From Spongospora subterranea f. sp. subterranea (Eukaryota), in assembly GCA_049724395.1 (NCBI GenBank), contig JAUGWO010000102.1, forward strand, positions 62,001 to 126,000: a stretch of 64,000 nucleotides of DNA. The letters are read 5' to 3'. Below are positions 62,528 to 64,000 of this stretch, in pieces. Position numbers and translations under genes: made by a program. The notes under the pieces are model-generated. The model ran no database searches, was not told where the DNA came from, and saw only the letters and a program-made list of their open reading frames with translations. Positions within the stretch are counted from its first letter, which is position 1, and each line of letters opens with the position of its first letter.

Positions 62528-63006
62528 CTATAAACAGTTGTATTTTTTATTTGATCCTCGAGAAAGCTCTATAGGATATTTGATACCATTCTTTTTTATC
62601 TTGTCAAGAACCGCTTCAGAAAGATCAATATTGCAACGATCTGCGAGGCGGACTAAATACAATAGTACGTCAGATAATTCTTCTCCCAAATGCACTTTTT
62701 CTTCAGCAGAAAATTCTGAACAGAGAGTCAATTGCGTCCTCAAAAGCTTCGATGCACTAACCGGGAAGGCCAACCTGACATTCGCCTTTCCACTGGAATA
62801 CTTCAGACAGCTCGCCTACTTCGCCAACCTGCAGGTTTTGTAAACTGAATGACTACCGGTAGTAGTGCGACTTACAAGAGCTAGCATTCATTCCTTGGCG
62901 TATGAAACTTTTCCCAATCTCGGTCGGAAGCAAATTGAGCCATGTCATTCCGAATATTTTCTAGCGATAAAGCCGACCAAGCCACATGATTATTGTTCTG
63001 CGGCAT
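62528..63006 (-). CDS. DCTPP1: dCTP pyrophosphatase 1 (MazG-like); apparent 1-nt deletion near 62889
   Basis: FASDRDWEKFHTPRN..LALVGEVGELSEVFQWKG, EELSDVLLYLVRLAD, NGIKYP. Confidence 0.92.
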
Positions 63007-63443
63007 GACGGGATAATGACGTTTCAAAATTGTGGACAGTATTACGCGCGACGCACCATCCATGGGGGGTACATTACATTTCAGTGAAGGGTATTGTACA
63101 TCCGACCAAGGATTACGGTAATCGCTGCTGGCTAGCGTACCCGGTGGAAAACCGGGATTGCTAAATGCTCTGGCATATAGGAGTACCAAGCATACCGTTT
63201 ACCATACCCGCTGTGCTGCAACTCGTTTCGCGATTGGAAAATGTTTGATTTCGCTATAACGCAGTTTTGGCTTTGTTAGGGTTTCTTTGTTTTTTCTTAA
63301 TTCTTCATGCTTTAGGGGGGGTCAGGTGTAGTTTTTACCGGCTACAAACAAGGCAAAGCTACACAACTGAACTGACTCTAATATGTTTCCGAATATCTCT
63401 CAGCAATAATTCGCAGGATAGAACAATATCACTTCATTTAAAA

Positions 63444-64000
63444 TTACAGATCTCGTTCTTCTAAGGAGGTATTTGGAGCGACCTTCTCAGAGAGAAATGT
63501 ACTAATATCATCAACGGACCATGATTCAGCAGGAATTTTTTCAACTTCACCTGTATTCGTGGTCACTTCAATAAACATGCTGAATCCCCGTACATCCTAT
63601 GTAAAAAATCACTTTCTTGATATGATCATGTCATCAACAATGCTGAGATGAGATCACATACACGAATTTTAACACTTGGAAACTTCTTAGGGATTGACTG
63701 TACGAACGTGGCTAGTTCAGGATTGGATCTGAATCTACACGAACAGTAGACAAACGAAGCCGACGTATACAGCGGCTGATCAACAACATCATCTGATGTA
63801 CAACAGGATAAACACTCTTTGACTATTGCCTCTCCATCAGGAACTTGTTTCAACAAATTACACGTACTGCATTTCAATAGGGATTCATCGAATCCTGTAA
63901 TCATTGAATTTCTTAAAGCAACACGATTCACAAGCCCATCTGACCATTTTCCGCACATTTCGTCACAGGACTTTCTTGCGAATTACTTTCGATAAAAATT
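63444..64000 (-). CDS. SELENOF: Sep15/SELENOF family protein, Cys-containing homologue; 5' end beyond window
   Basis: GF..L.CSTC..ECLSCC Cys-rich region, then YCSCRFRSNPELATFV and SWSVDDISTFLSEK. Confidence 0.88.

Overview
Gene-dense eukaryotic nuclear DNA with many short (mostly ~45-60 nt) spliceosomal introns and short intergenic spacers, typical of a compact protist genome. A plasmodiophorid-like rhizarian is my guess, but the taxon cannot be proven from this window. About 30 protein-coding genes can be reconstructed by hand-splicing: NCBP1 (partial), an LRR/coiled-coil protein, a CNH+VPS9 protein, RBBP4, ING, SLC33A1, an ankyrin protein, ELP4, SPO11, tomosyn, NUBP1, RPF2, V-ATPase E and a, two REEP/HVA22 genes, a mitochondrial NAD+-type carrier, HEATR3, MRPL11, a multidomain class III cyclase, INO80, an RCC1 protein, a solo chromodomain, a DHX33-like helicase, a spartin-like protein, RPAIN, TSR3, an FHA-RING protein, DCTPP1 and a Cys-type SELENOF (partial). 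One decayed Ty3/gypsy gag forms a long inverted repeat. Highlights: (1) a soluble adenylyl cyclase with the order myosin-TH1 / split PH enclosing RGS+FYVE / PH / cyclase; (2) an apparent U2-type AT-AC intron in SLC33A1; (3) a Vps39-type CNH domain fused to a VPS9 GEF; (4) a 63-aa ORF resembling the fungal Pol I subunit A14; (5) a Cys-SELENOF followed by a SECIS-like hairpin; (6) single-base frameshifts in three conserved genes, most likely assembly indels. All family calls rest on motifs recognised from memory, with no database search. Gene ends are approximate where noted.
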